NCBI GenBank assembly: GCA_963827655.1
Contig: CAWHCF010000050.1
Coordinates: forward strand, 96,001 to 160,000
Source of the DNA: an uncultured Acidobacteriota bacterium
Lineage (GTDB): Bacteria; Acidobacteriota; UBA6911
Length of the DNA stretch: 64,000 bases
Reading direction: 5' to 3'
The position numbers and the translations under genes are program-made. The notes below the pieces were generated by a model. The model had not been told where the DNA came from. It made no database searches and worked only from the letters and a program-made list of their open reading frames with translations. Below, one piece after another: positions 42,109 through 52,370 of this stretch (its first letter is position 1; each line of letters begins with the position of its first letter).

Positions 42109-43209
42109 TCAGGAGCTTGACGGCCTCTCGGGCGTCCTCCAGGTACTGTTTCCGGAAGTCTTTGTCCGGAAGCCTCTCTTCCCTTCCGCCTGGAAATCAA
42201 TCTCGAGGAGTTGCCCGAGCGCGACTCTCGTGATGCATGCGAGGCTCTCAGCGGTGATCAGATTCTCGAGGGACTTCGAATGCACGAAGGCAATAGTCGC
42301 CGCCTGGATGTAATTTCTGAAGACAATGACCCCTCGGCCTGCAGGTGATGTCTTATCGATGATGAGGGGCGTGGGCAGTCCTCTAAATGCCGGACTCACG
42401 GACCGCTCGTCCTCGTCAGACTGCCTGAGGTCGTGAATAAAGGTGGTGATAACTCCTGATGACGCTTCCGCCAGCTCTGTCGTGAGCATCAGTTGCGCCG
42501 TCAGCGCGTCGGCCTGCCCGGAGTCTCCGACGAACACGTAGCGATATTCCGGATAGATGGCTGCGAAATTGGCAAAATTCTGGAACTTCACCACGCCAAT
42601 CTTGTCTTCGTTCCCATGCGGGATCTTCTGAACCTTGGAATCGATCTTTGACCTCACAAATGTTTCTAGCGTTCCTATGGTCGAACAAACAAGCTCTCCT
42701 GACAGCGCGCTGGGGCACAATCGTCGGCCGCTGTATTCCACCAATTTCGTCAGACTCCCTTCCTCAAATATGCCGGCGACAGGATTGGGCCGAGCCGACA
42801 AGGTCGTGACGGGAATGCCCTCCAGCGTGAACGGCTCACGTTTCAAAGCATCGTAGAATTCCAAGATTCCAGGGTAGAAGGTCTTCCTTTGGGGCCTCCG
42901 TGGATACCGTTCGTCAATAAGATTGGCGTACATCGTGTCATCGACATCTGAAAGGACTTTGACACCGTTCTCCCGCGGCGCCGTTCGGAGATGATCGACG
43001 ACCCGAGCCCGACACCCCTCGTTGTCGATATCGTGGCACAAGTATTCCTCGAGATCCTTGTAGTCCCCGTCATACTCCAAGGCATACTTCAGCAAAGAGA
43101 GGTCCTGTTTGTCGACGAACACAGGAGGCGTTCCATCCGCAATTCGTCCCTCCCAGGGCACCCCGATGACCGAGCCTCTTGAAAACTCAATCTTGTCGGC
43201 CAGGGTCAA
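42109..43209 (-). CDS. App1/DUF2183-like HAD-type phosphatase (ends uncertain)
   Basis: LSDVDDT, LSARP, FVGDSGQAD motifs. Confidence 0.65.
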   Translation of the reverse strand: MTLADKIEFSRGSVIGVPWEGRIADGTPPVFVDKQDLSLLKYALEYDGDYKDLEEYLCHDIDNEGCRARVVDHLRTAPRENGVKVLSDVDDTMYANLIDERYPRRPQRKTFYPGILEFYDALKREPFTLEGIPVTTLSARPNPVAGIFEEGSLTKLVEYSGRRLCPSALSGELVCSTIGTLETFVRSKIDSKVQKIPHGNEDKIGVVKFQNFANFAAIYPEYRYVFVGDSGQADALTAQLMLTTELAEASSGVITTFIHDLRQSDEDERSVSPAFRGLPTPLIIDKTSPAGRGVIVFRNYIQAATIAFVHSKSLENLITAESLACITRVALGQLLEIDFQAEGKRGFRTKTSGNSTWRTPERPSSS

Positions 43210-43369
43210 CTCAGCGGCGTTGCGAATCCGTCTGTCGAGGCTTTTCCGCCCGTCTCTGTCGAGTAGATCTCATTGGCGTCGGAAGCAAGCACTGCTTGGT
43301 GGATGGTCTCCCGGTCGTATAGCCCAAGCAGACTGGCTCGAGGAAAAGGCGGCCGGACGCTCGCAGCGC

Positions 43370-43801
43370 TTACTTCCGCTCGGGGACTGGGCGGCCAAGG
43401 GCAATGACAAAGTAGCGGGCTCGCGTGGTTCCTACATTGCGCCAGCCATGTTCTTCGTTCGATGCCACAAGCGCGACCGACCCGGGCCCCAGGTTGACGC
43501 TGCGTCCATGGATCGTCACTTCGAGCGTGCCCTCGCGTATCAGGATCATCTCTTCGTGGTCATGGCGATGAGGCGGATGCGGCGCCAGCCCTGGAGCGAG
43601 TTCGGTTTCGTGCAGTTCAATACCGAATCCGGAATGCAACTCTTGGTTCAGGATCGGTCGCGAGCGATTTTCGCCGTTAGTGTTAACCTTGAGGTCCTCG
43701 TAGCGGTAGGTGTTCGACTTTGATGGCCGGTCCTGGGCGAGGGCGCTGGTCATGGCGAAGGCAAGTAATAGAAGACTCAAGTCTCTTTTGTTGAAGCGCA
43801 C
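43370..43801 (-). CDS. Secreted cupin-domain protein
   Basis: Signal peptide; PHPPHRHDHEEM...EG...EHGWRN. Confidence 0.85.
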   Translation of the reverse strand: MRFNKRDLSLLLLAFAMTSALAQDRPSKSNTYRYEDLKVNTNGENRSRPILNQELHSGFGIELHETELAPGLAPHPPHRHDHEEMILIREGTLEVTIHGRSVNLGPGSVALVASNEEHGWRNVGTTRARYFVIALGRPVPERK

Positions 43802-43935
43802 AAGTTCCTCCTCTGGTTGTCGTCTGATCGCAGCAAGGTCTTTTTCGCGGGGCCATACCGTTGGGCGCCGCCTCCGGCTACTCGAAGCGGAGATTATAGT
43901 ATACTCGCGAGGAATCGCATCCGAAGGCGGTCAGA

Positions 43936-45534
43936 GTGGCTCACTCATACGATGTGATCGTGATCGGCGGCGGGCATAACGGGCTGGCCCACGCTGCCTA
44001 CCTGGCGCGTTCCGGCATGAAGGTGCTGGTCCTGGAGCGGCGCCATGTCGTGGGAGGCGCGGCGGTGACAGAGGAGGTCTTCCCAGGCTTCACCTTCTCG
44101 GTCTGTTCCTACGTTGTTTCGCTGCTGCGTCCGGAGATCATCCGGGAGCTGGATCTGCCGCGTCACGGCCTGGAGATCCTGCCGCTGGACGGCACCTTCA
44201 CGCCGATGCTCAACGGCGACTACCTGTGGCGCCTTAACGACCATGCCAAGACTCGGCGCGAGATCGCGCGCCACTCGCGGCTCGATGCCGAGGCCTACGA
44301 CGAGTACGGCAAGGCGATGGTCGAGATGGCCAGGTTCGTCAAGCCGATCCTCAGCATGACGCCGCCCGACCCCGCGCGCCTGGGCCTGAGGGGGATGAGA
44401 GACCTGCTGTTCCTGCTGCGGCGGTTTCAGCGGCTCCCCTACCGCGACCAGTATAACCAGGTTCAGCTCATGACGATGAGCGCGGTGGACTTCCTCGATC
44501 AGTGGTTCGAGACCGACGTGTTGAAGGCGACGATGGCGGCGTCGGGAATCATCGGCACGTTCCTGGGGGTCCGCTCCCCGGGCACCGCATACGTCCTGTT
44601 GCACCATTACATGGGAGAGATTGACGGCGCGTTCCGATCGTGGGGCTTCGCCCGTGGAGGCACGGGGGCAATCTCCAACGCGATTGCGGAAGCGGCGCGC
44701 GAGGCGGGCGCCGAGATCCGGGTCGAATCGCCCGTCGCGAAGATCCTGGTGCGGAGCGGACGCGCCGCCGGTGTCGTGCTCGAAAGCGGCGAAGAGATCG
44801 CGGCGCCGATCGTCTCCTCGAGCGTGGACCCGCGGCTGACGTTTTTCAAATTCGTCGGCAGGGAGCACCTCGACGACGAGTTCGCCGCGGAGATCGAACG
44901 CTACAAACTGCGCGGCTCGTCGGGCAAGGTCAACCTGGCATTGGATGGCCTGCCGGACTTCCGTTCGCTGCCCGGACCGGGCCGGCACTTGCGGGGTGCG
45001 ATCTCCATCTCGCCCTCCGTCGACTACATGGAGCGGGCCTACGACGACGCCAAGTACGGCCGCTTCTCCCGCCGCCCGTACATCGACATCGTCATCCCGA
45101 GCCTGACCGATCCCAGCGTCGCGCCCCCGGGCAAGCACGTAATGTCTTGTTTCGTTCAGTACGCCCCCTATCACCTCAAGGAGGGAAGCTGGGATGGCCG
45201 GCGCGATGAGTTCGGCAACACGGTAATCGAGACTATCGCCGAGCACGCGCCCAACCTCGAGAACCTGATTCTCCACCGGCAGGTGCTGACGCCGCTGGAC
45301 CTGGAGCGCGAGTTCGGCCTTAGCGAAGGAAACATCTTCCAGGGGGAACTAAGCCTCGAGCAGCTCTTCTTCCTGCGGCCGGCGCCGGGCTGGGCGCAGT
45401 ACCGCACCCCAATCCGTAACCTCTACATGTGCGGCTCAGCGACACACCCGGGGGGCGGCATCATGGCTGCCCCGGGACGGAACGCCGCGGTCGTGATCTT
45501 GAACCACGCAAGGCACCGGAGGCTCGCCGGTTGA
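43936..45534 (+). CDS. Phytoene-dehydrogenase-like (PYROXD2-type) FAD oxidoreductase
   Basis: IGGGHNGL, LERRHVVGG, TPLDLE, LYMCGSATHPGGG. Confidence 0.92.
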   Translation: MAHSYDVIVIGGGHNGLAHAAYLARSGMKVLVLERRHVVGGAAVTEEVFPGFTFSVCSYVVSLLRPEIIRELDLPRHGLEILPLDGTFTPMLNGDYLWRLNDHAKTRREIARHSRLDAEAYDEYGKAMVEMARFVKPILSMTPPDPARLGLRGMRDLLFLLRRFQRLPYRDQYNQVQLMTMSAVDFLDQWFETDVLKATMAASGIIGTFLGVRSPGTAYVLLHHYMGEIDGAFRSWGFARGGTGAISNAIAEAAREAGAEIRVESPVAKILVRSGRAAGVVLESGEEIAAPIVSSSVDPRLTFFKFVGREHLDDEFAAEIERYKLRGSSGKVNLALDGLPDFRSLPGPGRHLRGAISISPSVDYMERAYDDAKYGRFSRRPYIDIVIPSLTDPSVAPPGKHVMSCFVQYAPYHLKEGSWDGRRDEFGNTVIETIAEHAPNLENLILHRQVLTPLDLEREFGLSEGNIFQGELSLEQLFFLRPAPGWAQYRTPIRNLYMCGSATHPGGGIMAAPGRNAAVVILNHARHRRLAG

Positions 45535-47117
45535 GCCCGACACGCGATGTCGTGATCATCGGCGGTGGCCATAACGGCCTCGCCGCCGCCTGCCTGCTGG
45601 CGCGCTCCGGTCTGCGCCCGCTGGTACTGGAGCGGCGTGACGTTGTGGGCGGCTGCGCCATCACGGAGGAGATTCACCCGGGGTTCAGGTGCCCGACGCT
45701 GGCCCACGCGGCCGGCCCTCTGGCGCTCGACGTGTCTCGCGAACTCGGGCTGGCGAAGCACGGGCTCGAGGTCTTGCAGCCGGAGGTTCGGGTGTTCGCG
45801 CCCTCGCTGACCGGCCCGTCCATCACGCTGTACCAGGACGCCCGCCGCACCGCTCTGGAACTGGAGAGCGTCTGCCGCAAGGATGGCGCGCGTTACCCCG
45901 AGTTCGCCGAAAGTTTCGCCCGGATCGGCCGCTTCCTCCGGCCGGTACTCGCCCTGACGCCGCCGTCATTGAAAACTCCGAGCCTGCCCGAGGCCTGGCG
46001 GCTCCTTCGACTCGGCAAAGGCTTCCGTGACCTGGGACGCAAGAATGGCTACAGGCTCCTGCGCTGGGGCCCCATGGCCGTGGCGGACCTGGTGGCGGAG
46101 TGGTTCGAGACCGATCTGCTGCGGGCAGCCGTGGCGGCACGTGGAATCCACGGCAGCTTTGCCGGCCCATGGTCGGCGGGCACGAGCATCGGGCTCCTGC
46201 TCCAGTCCGCCCTTGATGGGCAGCCGGTGGCGCCTTCGGACACGTTCCGCGGCGGGATGGGCGCGCTCGCGCAGGCGCTGGCCGCCGCCGCCCGGGCGGC
46301 CGGCGCCGAGATACGGACCGGCGCCTCGGTCGCGCGTATCGGTATCGAGCAGGAGAGGGCCGTCTCCGTAATTCTGGCCTCGGGCGAGGAGATCCGCGCG
46401 AGGGCGATCGTTTCGAACGCCGATCCCAAGTCGACGTTCCTCGATTTTATCGATCCGGCCGACCTGGATCCCGAGTTCGTTCAGAGGATACGCAACTACC
46501 GATCGTTCGGGACAGTGGCCAAGATCAACTACGCGCTGTCGGGGCTGCCGGGCTTTTCCGGAAGCGGCGCCGGGAAGATCGGCGCTCTGTCGGGCCGCAT
46601 CCATATTGGGCCGGAGATCGATTACCTCGAGCGGGCCTTCGACGCGGCGAAGTACGGTGAGTTCTCGGCCGAGCCCTACATGGACGTCACGATTCCGTCG
46701 CTGGCCGACGCTTCGCTGGCCCCCCGTGACGCCCACGTGCTGTCGGTACACGTGCAGTTTGCTCCCTACAAGCTGCGCTCCGGGGACTGGTCGAGCCGCG
46801 GCGAGGAGATGGCCGACAGGGCCGAAAAGACGCTGGCCGACTACGCGCCGAATCTCAAGGGACTGATCCTCACTCGACAGGTAATCACGCCGGCCGATCT
46901 CGAGGCGGTTTACGGGCTGCATGGCGGGCACATCTATCATGGCGAGCAGACGCTGGATCAGGTCTTCACGATGCGCCCGCTGCTGGGCCTGGCACAGTAC
47001 CGCACACCGATCCCGAGGCTATACCTCTGCGGCGCAGGGACGCATCCTGGCGGAGGCGTGACGGGCCTCCCGGGCGCCAACGCGGCGCGGGAGATTTTGA
47101 AAGACCTCAAGCAGTAG
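45531..47117 (+). CDS. Second PYROXD2-type FAD oxidoreductase
   Basis: Same motifs; TTG start overlaps the upstream TGA. Confidence 0.9.
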   Translation: MSPTRDVVIIGGGHNGLAAACLLARSGLRPLVLERRDVVGGCAITEEIHPGFRCPTLAHAAGPLALDVSRELGLAKHGLEVLQPEVRVFAPSLTGPSITLYQDARRTALELESVCRKDGARYPEFAESFARIGRFLRPVLALTPPSLKTPSLPEAWRLLRLGKGFRDLGRKNGYRLLRWGPMAVADLVAEWFETDLLRAAVAARGIHGSFAGPWSAGTSIGLLLQSALDGQPVAPSDTFRGGMGALAQALAAAARAAGAEIRTGASVARIGIEQERAVSVILASGEEIRARAIVSNADPKSTFLDFIDPADLDPEFVQRIRNYRSFGTVAKINYALSGLPGFSGSGAGKIGALSGRIHIGPEIDYLERAFDAAKYGEFSAEPYMDVTIPSLADASLAPRDAHVLSVHVQFAPYKLRSGDWSSRGEEMADRAEKTLADYAPNLKGLILTRQVITPADLEAVYGLHGGHIYHGEQTLDQVFTMRPLLGLAQYRTPIPRLYLCGAGTHPGGGVTGLPGANAAREILKDLKQ

Positions 47118-47163
47118 CCAAAACCAACCTCCAAGACGCGAAGACTCCAGGAAACGCCAGGGT

Positions 47164-47649
47164 CTACTCCCAGGCTCCGAGCAGGCGTCGCAGGAGAACG
47201 AGCTGGCCGAGGTGATACGCGTTATGGTCTGCGATGAGCAACGCTTCGCGGAGCACGGTGTGTTCCGGCTTGGCGTCCGGGTGCTGGATGCGCGCCAGCA
47301 GATCGGTCTTGGGGTCCTCCACGAGTTTCTGCATCGCCTTCAGGTCGGCGTGAAACGCGGCAACGCTCTTCTCCCACGCGGTCTCGTCGGGCGGCGCTTC
47401 GGTCGAAGACCAATAGCCCGCGGGAAACTCCGGCGAAACATGGGTGGGTTTGCGAGAGAACTCGAGGATGTCCCACTGGGCGAGGCGCATGTGCTCCAGC
47501 AATTGCCAGGCGGTGTGCGGCGCATCCGGCGGTTTCGCTCCGCGCAGGCGGGCGGGGAAACCGGCGATCGCTTCGTCGAAGCCGACGTGAGCTCCACCTC
47601 CGCGCAAGACATTCAATATGTGCTTCCGCAAAACGTCGTCGGCAGGCAT
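47164..47649 (-). CDS. DinB-family protein
   Basis: WQLLEHMR, DHNAYHLGQ. Confidence 0.85.
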   Translation of the reverse strand: MPADDVLRKHILNVLRGGGAHVGFDEAIAGFPARLRGAKPPDAPHTAWQLLEHMRLAQWDILEFSRKPTHVSPEFPAGYWSSTEAPPDETAWEKSVAAFHADLKAMQKLVEDPKTDLLARIQHPDAKPEHTVLREALLIADHNAYHLGQLVLLRRLLGAWE

Positions 47650-47722
47650 TACGTCCTCCTTTAAGGGTTCGCGTTTCTTACTTCGAGCCCTCGTGGTTAG
47701 CGCGGCGGCAAAACCAGACCTC

Positions 47723-48595
47723 CTAGTTGGCCGGCCTCAGATTTTCGATAAAATCCCGGTCCTTGGTGCCCTGGTGGCACACGATGCACGAGCGCTGGCC
47801 GCGCTCTTCGAGATCGGAGACCAGAGCGTAAGTCAACCCGCGATCAGTCCACGTGATTACTTTTAGCCCGTCGATCGAGTCGTAGTGGAACGTAATGCCC
47901 TTTGAAACGATTCTCTCTCCGCCTCGAGGGACCGCTGCCGAGGCGGACGTGATCACGAGTGAAATCGGGCGCTTCCGCATTTGATACGCCACGTATGCCG
48001 CGTAATCATTTCTGAACCCGACCAATCGGGCGCCCTCAATCTGATACAGCTTTTCCTGGCCCGACGACTCCTGGTAGTTAGGCAGCTCCACGCGGAAGGG
48101 AACCTTGCCGGCAAACCACGTGGAGATTTCTTGCGGCGAATCCGACGTGATCTCGAGTGGAAGCTGGCCTCGCAAGTGTCGCAGGTGAGTGTCTACGGCC
48201 ATCCTCGCAAAGTTGAACGATCCACCCCAGTACCATAGGATGGCTAGTACGACGGCGATCGCGGCGCCGGCCGGCATCAGATACGGCCTCCAATTCGCGC
48301 GTGTCGTCGTTTTCCTGAGGAAGCGCTGGAGACGATTACGAAATTCCGGAGAGGCGGTGTAAGAGGGAGGCGCTTCGTTGAGAACTTGTTCGATCCGGGC
48401 CCGGAGAACCGGTGATGCCGTGTAGAGAGGCGCTGCCTGGCGGACGATGTCCATCAGACGGCGCTCACGGTCCACCTTCTCGCGGCAGCCCTCGCATTTC
48501 CTCAAGTGTTCGGCGAAGGCAGCCAGTTCGGCGTCGCGCAATTCATCGTCCAGATAGTAGGCCATCTGGCCAAGGAGCTCATCACAAGGAGTCAT
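47723..48595 (-). CDS. Membrane anti-sigma factor (zf-HC2) with C-terminal CxxCH
   Basis: YLDDEL, HLRKCEGC, one TM helix, CIVCH at 47774-47788. Confidence 0.85.
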   Translation of the reverse strand: MTPCDELLGQMAYYLDDELRDAELAAFAEHLRKCEGCREKVDRERRLMDIVRQAAPLYTASPVLRARIEQVLNEAPPSYTASPEFRNRLQRFLRKTTTRANWRPYLMPAGAAIAVVLAILWYWGGSFNFARMAVDTHLRHLRGQLPLEITSDSPQEISTWFAGKVPFRVELPNYQESSGQEKLYQIEGARLVGFRNDYAAYVAYQMRKRPISLVITSASAAVPRGGERIVSKGITFHYDSIDGLKVITWTDRGLTYALVSDLEERGQRSCIVCHQGTKDRDFIENLRPAN

Positions 48596-49149
48596 ATTTT
48601 CCTATGCGCAGCTTCCGGCCGCCACTGACCGAGCAATGACCGGAGCTTCTGCCGCGCTCGTCCGAGCCGCGACATCACGGTGCCAACCGGACACCGCAAG
48701 ATCTTGGCGATCTGTTGATAACTGAAACCTTCGATGACGCGGAGCACGACGATTTCGCCATAGAGCTGCGGGAGGCTCTCGATTGCGGCGCGCACCTCCT
48801 CCCGTTTGAGCTTTCGCACCAGGGCTGCGTGCGGGTCATTGCCTTTGCCGTCCAGCCATTCGGCGGGTCCCTCCTCCTCGGGCTCGAGTCCCACGAAATT
48901 CGGGCGGCTATGGGCATGGCGAATCTGGTTGAGCCAGATGTTACGCATGATAACGAACAGCCAGCTCTTGAGGTTGCTGTCAGCCACCAACTGGCCGAAA
49001 GCACGCACGGCCCGGAGGTAGGTCTCCTGGACCAGGTCCTCCGCTTCGGCTTGATTGCGAGTCAGCGTCATGGCAAACCCGTAGAGCGCATCGAGGTACT
49101 CGAGCGATGCTTGCCTGAAGGACTCGCTGCTTTTATCAACTTCGCTCAT
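48592..49149 (-). CDS. ECF RNA polymerase sigma factor
   Basis: AEDLVQETYLRA, SWLFVIMRN, SYQQIA..L.CPVGTVMSRLGRAR. Confidence 0.93.
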   Translation of the reverse strand: MSEVDKSSESFRQASLEYLDALYGFAMTLTRNQAEAEDLVQETYLRAVRAFGQLVADSNLKSWLFVIMRNIWLNQIRHAHSRPNFVGLEPEEEGPAEWLDGKGNDPHAALVRKLKREEVRAAIESLPQLYGEIVVLRVIEGFSYQQIAKILRCPVGTVMSRLGRARQKLRSLLGQWRPEAAHRKI

Positions 49150-49397
49150 TCCGGAGGCTCCGAATTTCGCTCTGCTCTTATAAGAACACGCGTCCGAAGC
49201 GATAATTCCCGGACTCGAAAAAAATTTTGCCAGGCCAGGGAATAAATCGGCGCCACCGGTGTTATTGACCACAGCAGGATAAGTTGCAAGTTCGAATTTA
49301 TCTTCGCGAGGGTTTCCCCCCAATCAGGTGTGGCAGCGGGCGATGTCGCCCTGCGGAAGAATCGAAAGTTGCTCAACCGTTTAATGGAGGCAGCATC

Positions 49398-50789
49398 ATG
49401 AGCACAAGAATTGCAAAGCTCAGCCTGGTCGCTTGCTTTGTGGCCGGCGTCTGGTTATCGGTGATCGCCCAGGAGAAAAGGGAATCCAGCTATGCGCCGG
49501 TGGTTACCAACGAGCCGTTTGCCACCACCCTGGCTCGGATGAAGGCCGCCAAGAAGGGGGTCATGGACCGGCAAATGGCGCTTCTCAACGAGCGCTACGA
49601 CCTCTCGAAGCGAGAGGCAAAGGACGTGAAGATGACGCGCGGCAAGCCGATACCGGAAGGACCGGCGACCAAACTTGCGAGCGGCCTCACGTGGGACAAG
49701 CTGGGCGCCATGAGTCCCGACCAGATCAAGGATGGCGGACACTTCCCGGCGGGATTCATGCCGCTGCCGCACGCGAACCACCCGGAAGGTGGAATGCTCT
49801 TCCCTAAGATGATGATTGATCTGTTAAACAAGATGGGGGAAGGGAATCGGCTGGAACGGTTCGACCTCGATTTCGATTTGCCTGAACATTTTCTGCCGGA
49901 GTTCCCGCCCGCAATCTTCCTGATCACCCGCCCCGACCTGGGCGATGTCTCCCAGGGCAAGCTGGTGACGCTCGACAACTTTTTCGAACTCTTCAACGGG
50001 ATAATGAATCCGAAACAACTGGACGGCCTGCGGCTCCTGGTAAGCCAGTTTCCCCAGCAGCAGTTCAACAATACGGACGATCGCAGAACCGAAAAGCCGA
50101 GCCGAGGCGTGACCTGTCTGGATTGCCACGTCAACGGCCACACCAACGGCGCGACCCACCTGATAGGCGACATCCGTCCGCAGGCGCACCGGCGCCGGAT
50201 CGAAACGCCTTCGCTGCGCGGAGTCAATATCCAGCGGCTGTTCGGCTCCCAGCGGGCGCTGAAATCGGTTGAGGATTTCACGGAGTTCGAACAGCGCGCG
50301 GCTTACTTCGACGGCGACCCGGTCATCGCGACCAAGAAGGGAGTCAACGTACTGGACCGCGGCAGTGCTGTTCACGAAATGGCCGAGGTCCAGGAACTGT
50401 TCGACTTTCCACCCGCGCCTAAACTCAACGTGTACGGGAAACTTGACCCCGCGAAAGCCAGCCAGTCCGAGATCAGGGGCGAGGCGCTCTTCTTCGGCAA
50501 GGCCAACTGCTCGATCTGTCATACCCCGCCTTATTACACCGATAATCTGATGCACGACTTGAAGGTCGATCGCTTCTTCAAGCCGCGGACCATCAATGGC
50601 TTGATGGCGACGGCGCAGGGCCCGATCAAGACCTTCCCGCTGCGCGGCATCAAGGAATCGCCGCCTTACTTCCACGACGGGCGGCTTCTTACCCTCGAGG
50701 ATACGGTTGAGTTTTTCAATGTGATTCTCAGCCTGAAACTGGCGGCACAGGAGAAGAGCGACCTGGTTGCGTTCCTTCGAGCGCTCTGA
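49398..50789 (+). CDS. Secreted diheme cytochrome c (cytochrome c peroxidase/MauG-like fold)
   Basis: Signal peptide; CLDCH, TPSLRG, CSICH, PYFHDG. Confidence 0.85.
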   Translation: MSTRIAKLSLVACFVAGVWLSVIAQEKRESSYAPVVTNEPFATTLARMKAAKKGVMDRQMALLNERYDLSKREAKDVKMTRGKPIPEGPATKLASGLTWDKLGAMSPDQIKDGGHFPAGFMPLPHANHPEGGMLFPKMMIDLLNKMGEGNRLERFDLDFDLPEHFLPEFPPAIFLITRPDLGDVSQGKLVTLDNFFELFNGIMNPKQLDGLRLLVSQFPQQQFNNTDDRRTEKPSRGVTCLDCHVNGHTNGATHLIGDIRPQAHRRRIETPSLRGVNIQRLFGSQRALKSVEDFTEFEQRAAYFDGDPVIATKKGVNVLDRGSAVHEMAEVQELFDFPPAPKLNVYGKLDPAKASQSEIRGEALFFGKANCSICHTPPYYTDNLMHDLKVDRFFKPRTINGLMATAQGPIKTFPLRGIKESPPYFHDGRLLTLEDTVEFFNVILSLKLAAQEKSDLVAFLRAL

Positions 50790-50857
50790 GGATAGCGCTA
50801 GGGACAAGAGTCACCACTAAGACGCGAGGACGCGAAGAAACACCAAGAAGGTTGCGG

Positions 50858-52111
50858 CTAGGCCTCGTCCGCGCCCTTCAATATCGCCGACACATCTTTG
50901 ATCCCCACGCCGGGGCCGGACGGCACTGTCATCTTGCCGTCCTTGACGGTGATCGGCGGGTCGAACCAGGTCCCGTATTTCTCTGTCCCCAACTTGTATT
51001 CCTGGTAACGTCCGATGTCGGGGACGCACGAAGCGAAATGCAGCATGTACACAAATCCGAATCCGCCCGAGATATGCACCGTAGTCGGAATCTTGGCGAG
51101 TGCCGCCATCCGTGCCACGCGCACCGACCGGATCATCCCGCCGTAGTAATGCAAGTCGGGCTGCACGATATCGACACCCCGGTTGGCGATCATCCACCGG
51201 AAACGCCAGTGGCTCGACTCCTGCTCGCCGCCCGCAACCGGGATGGTCAGCGTGTCCGCGACCACCTTGGTCTCATCGAGTTCATCGAACGGGCACGGCT
51301 CTTCGAAGTAGACGGCCTTGACCTCTTCGAGCATCCGGCCGACTTTGATAGCCAGCGGCGGATCGTACGAGCTGTTGGAATCGGCATGGATGTCGATTCC
51401 GTCGCCGACGGTTTTCCGCACCAGCGGGATCAGCTTTTCGGTCCGGCCCGGCATCGCATCCGCGTTCCGGCTCATCCGCCCGCCGACCCGGAATTTCAAG
51501 GCCTTCGCTCCTGATTGTTCCAGGAGTTTTGCCAGATATTCGACCTCCTGTTCCGGCGTCGTGTCGCGCCGACCGCTGGCCACGTAGATGGCGACGTTCT
51601 GCCGGACAATGTTTCCCAGCAGCGCTCCCATCGGCTGGCCTGCGATCCGCCCTAACATGTCCAGAATCGCGAATTCGACCCAGGCCTGCGGGCTCCATAG
51701 CGCCAGACCGTGCAGCTTGTAGTTATCCTGCCATCGGTACAGATCCCACAATAGATCTTCCAGGTCGCGCGCGTCCTTGCCGATGAAAAAAGGGATCAGC
51801 AGTTGTTTGAGAATCTTGTCCAGGTACTGCGCCCGCGGCGGGTTGGTCAGCGAGACTCCCTCCGCCCCGTCCTTCGACCGCACATGGACGAAGTACTCGC
51901 GATCCTTCTTCAGCAGTTTGATCGATTCGATGATCACCGGCGATTTCAGCCGGTCGCGCCTCAGTACCGGAGCCGCGGCCGCCCGGTCCAGTTCCTCCAC
52001 CCTCGGACTGGACCGCGTCGTCTTATCCAGCTTGCGCTCGTCCTCGGCCGCCAGCCCGATCGCTCCTAATCCCGCGGCGCCTGTGAGAAAACTCCGCCGG
52101 TTTACCTGCAT
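50858..52111 (-). CDS. Tat-exported mandelate racemase/MLE family enzyme
   Basis: NRRSFL, KALKFR, ADSN, FEEP, GGEQE, VQPD. Confidence 0.9.
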   Translation of the reverse strand: MQVNRRSFLTGAAGLGAIGLAAEDERKLDKTTRSSPRVEELDRAAAAPVLRRDRLKSPVIIESIKLLKKDREYFVHVRSKDGAEGVSLTNPPRAQYLDKILKQLLIPFFIGKDARDLEDLLWDLYRWQDNYKLHGLALWSPQAWVEFAILDMLGRIAGQPMGALLGNIVRQNVAIYVASGRRDTTPEQEVEYLAKLLEQSGAKALKFRVGGRMSRNADAMPGRTEKLIPLVRKTVGDGIDIHADSNSSYDPPLAIKVGRMLEEVKAVYFEEPCPFDELDETKVVADTLTIPVAGGEQESSHWRFRWMIANRGVDIVQPDLHYYGGMIRSVRVARMAALAKIPTTVHISGGFGFVYMLHFASCVPDIGRYQEYKLGTEKYGTWFDPPITVKDGKMTVPSGPGVGIKDVSAILKGADEA

Positions 52112-52146
52112 AAGCTTCACCTCCTGAGAAAAAGATTCCTGGTGAA

Positions 52147-52215
52147 TCTTCGTGTCTTTGGGTCCTGGTGGTCTATGTTTCACAGCGCTACCACGAAGAC
52201 ACGAAGACACGAAGA
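52147..52215. repeat. Octamer-arm intergenic hairpin repeat
   Basis: TCTTCGTGTCTT...ACCACGAAGACACGAAGACACGAAGA (three perfect CACGAAGA units). Confidence 0.78.
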
Positions 52216-52370
52216 TGTCAAGCGGCAGCCTCATTTTCCCTTGTCACCCCAAGGCTCGAGGTCTAGATTGGCTTGCTGAAGAGTCAACATTGAATTTGAA
52301 TCCTCGACCGGGGGAGAGCTGCGTATGATTTGGATGAGCCATCCAGCCCCATTCCTTACAGCAATCCTGA

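Noticed and set aside
43936-47117. Carotenoid biosynthesis (crtI) cluster
   Set aside because: No crtB/crtE nearby; GGGHNGL/THPGGG-type enzymes next to GcvT point elsewhere
52147-52215. CACGAAGA tandem units as a CRISPR array
   Set aside because: 8-bp units with no unique spacers, and no cas genes in the window
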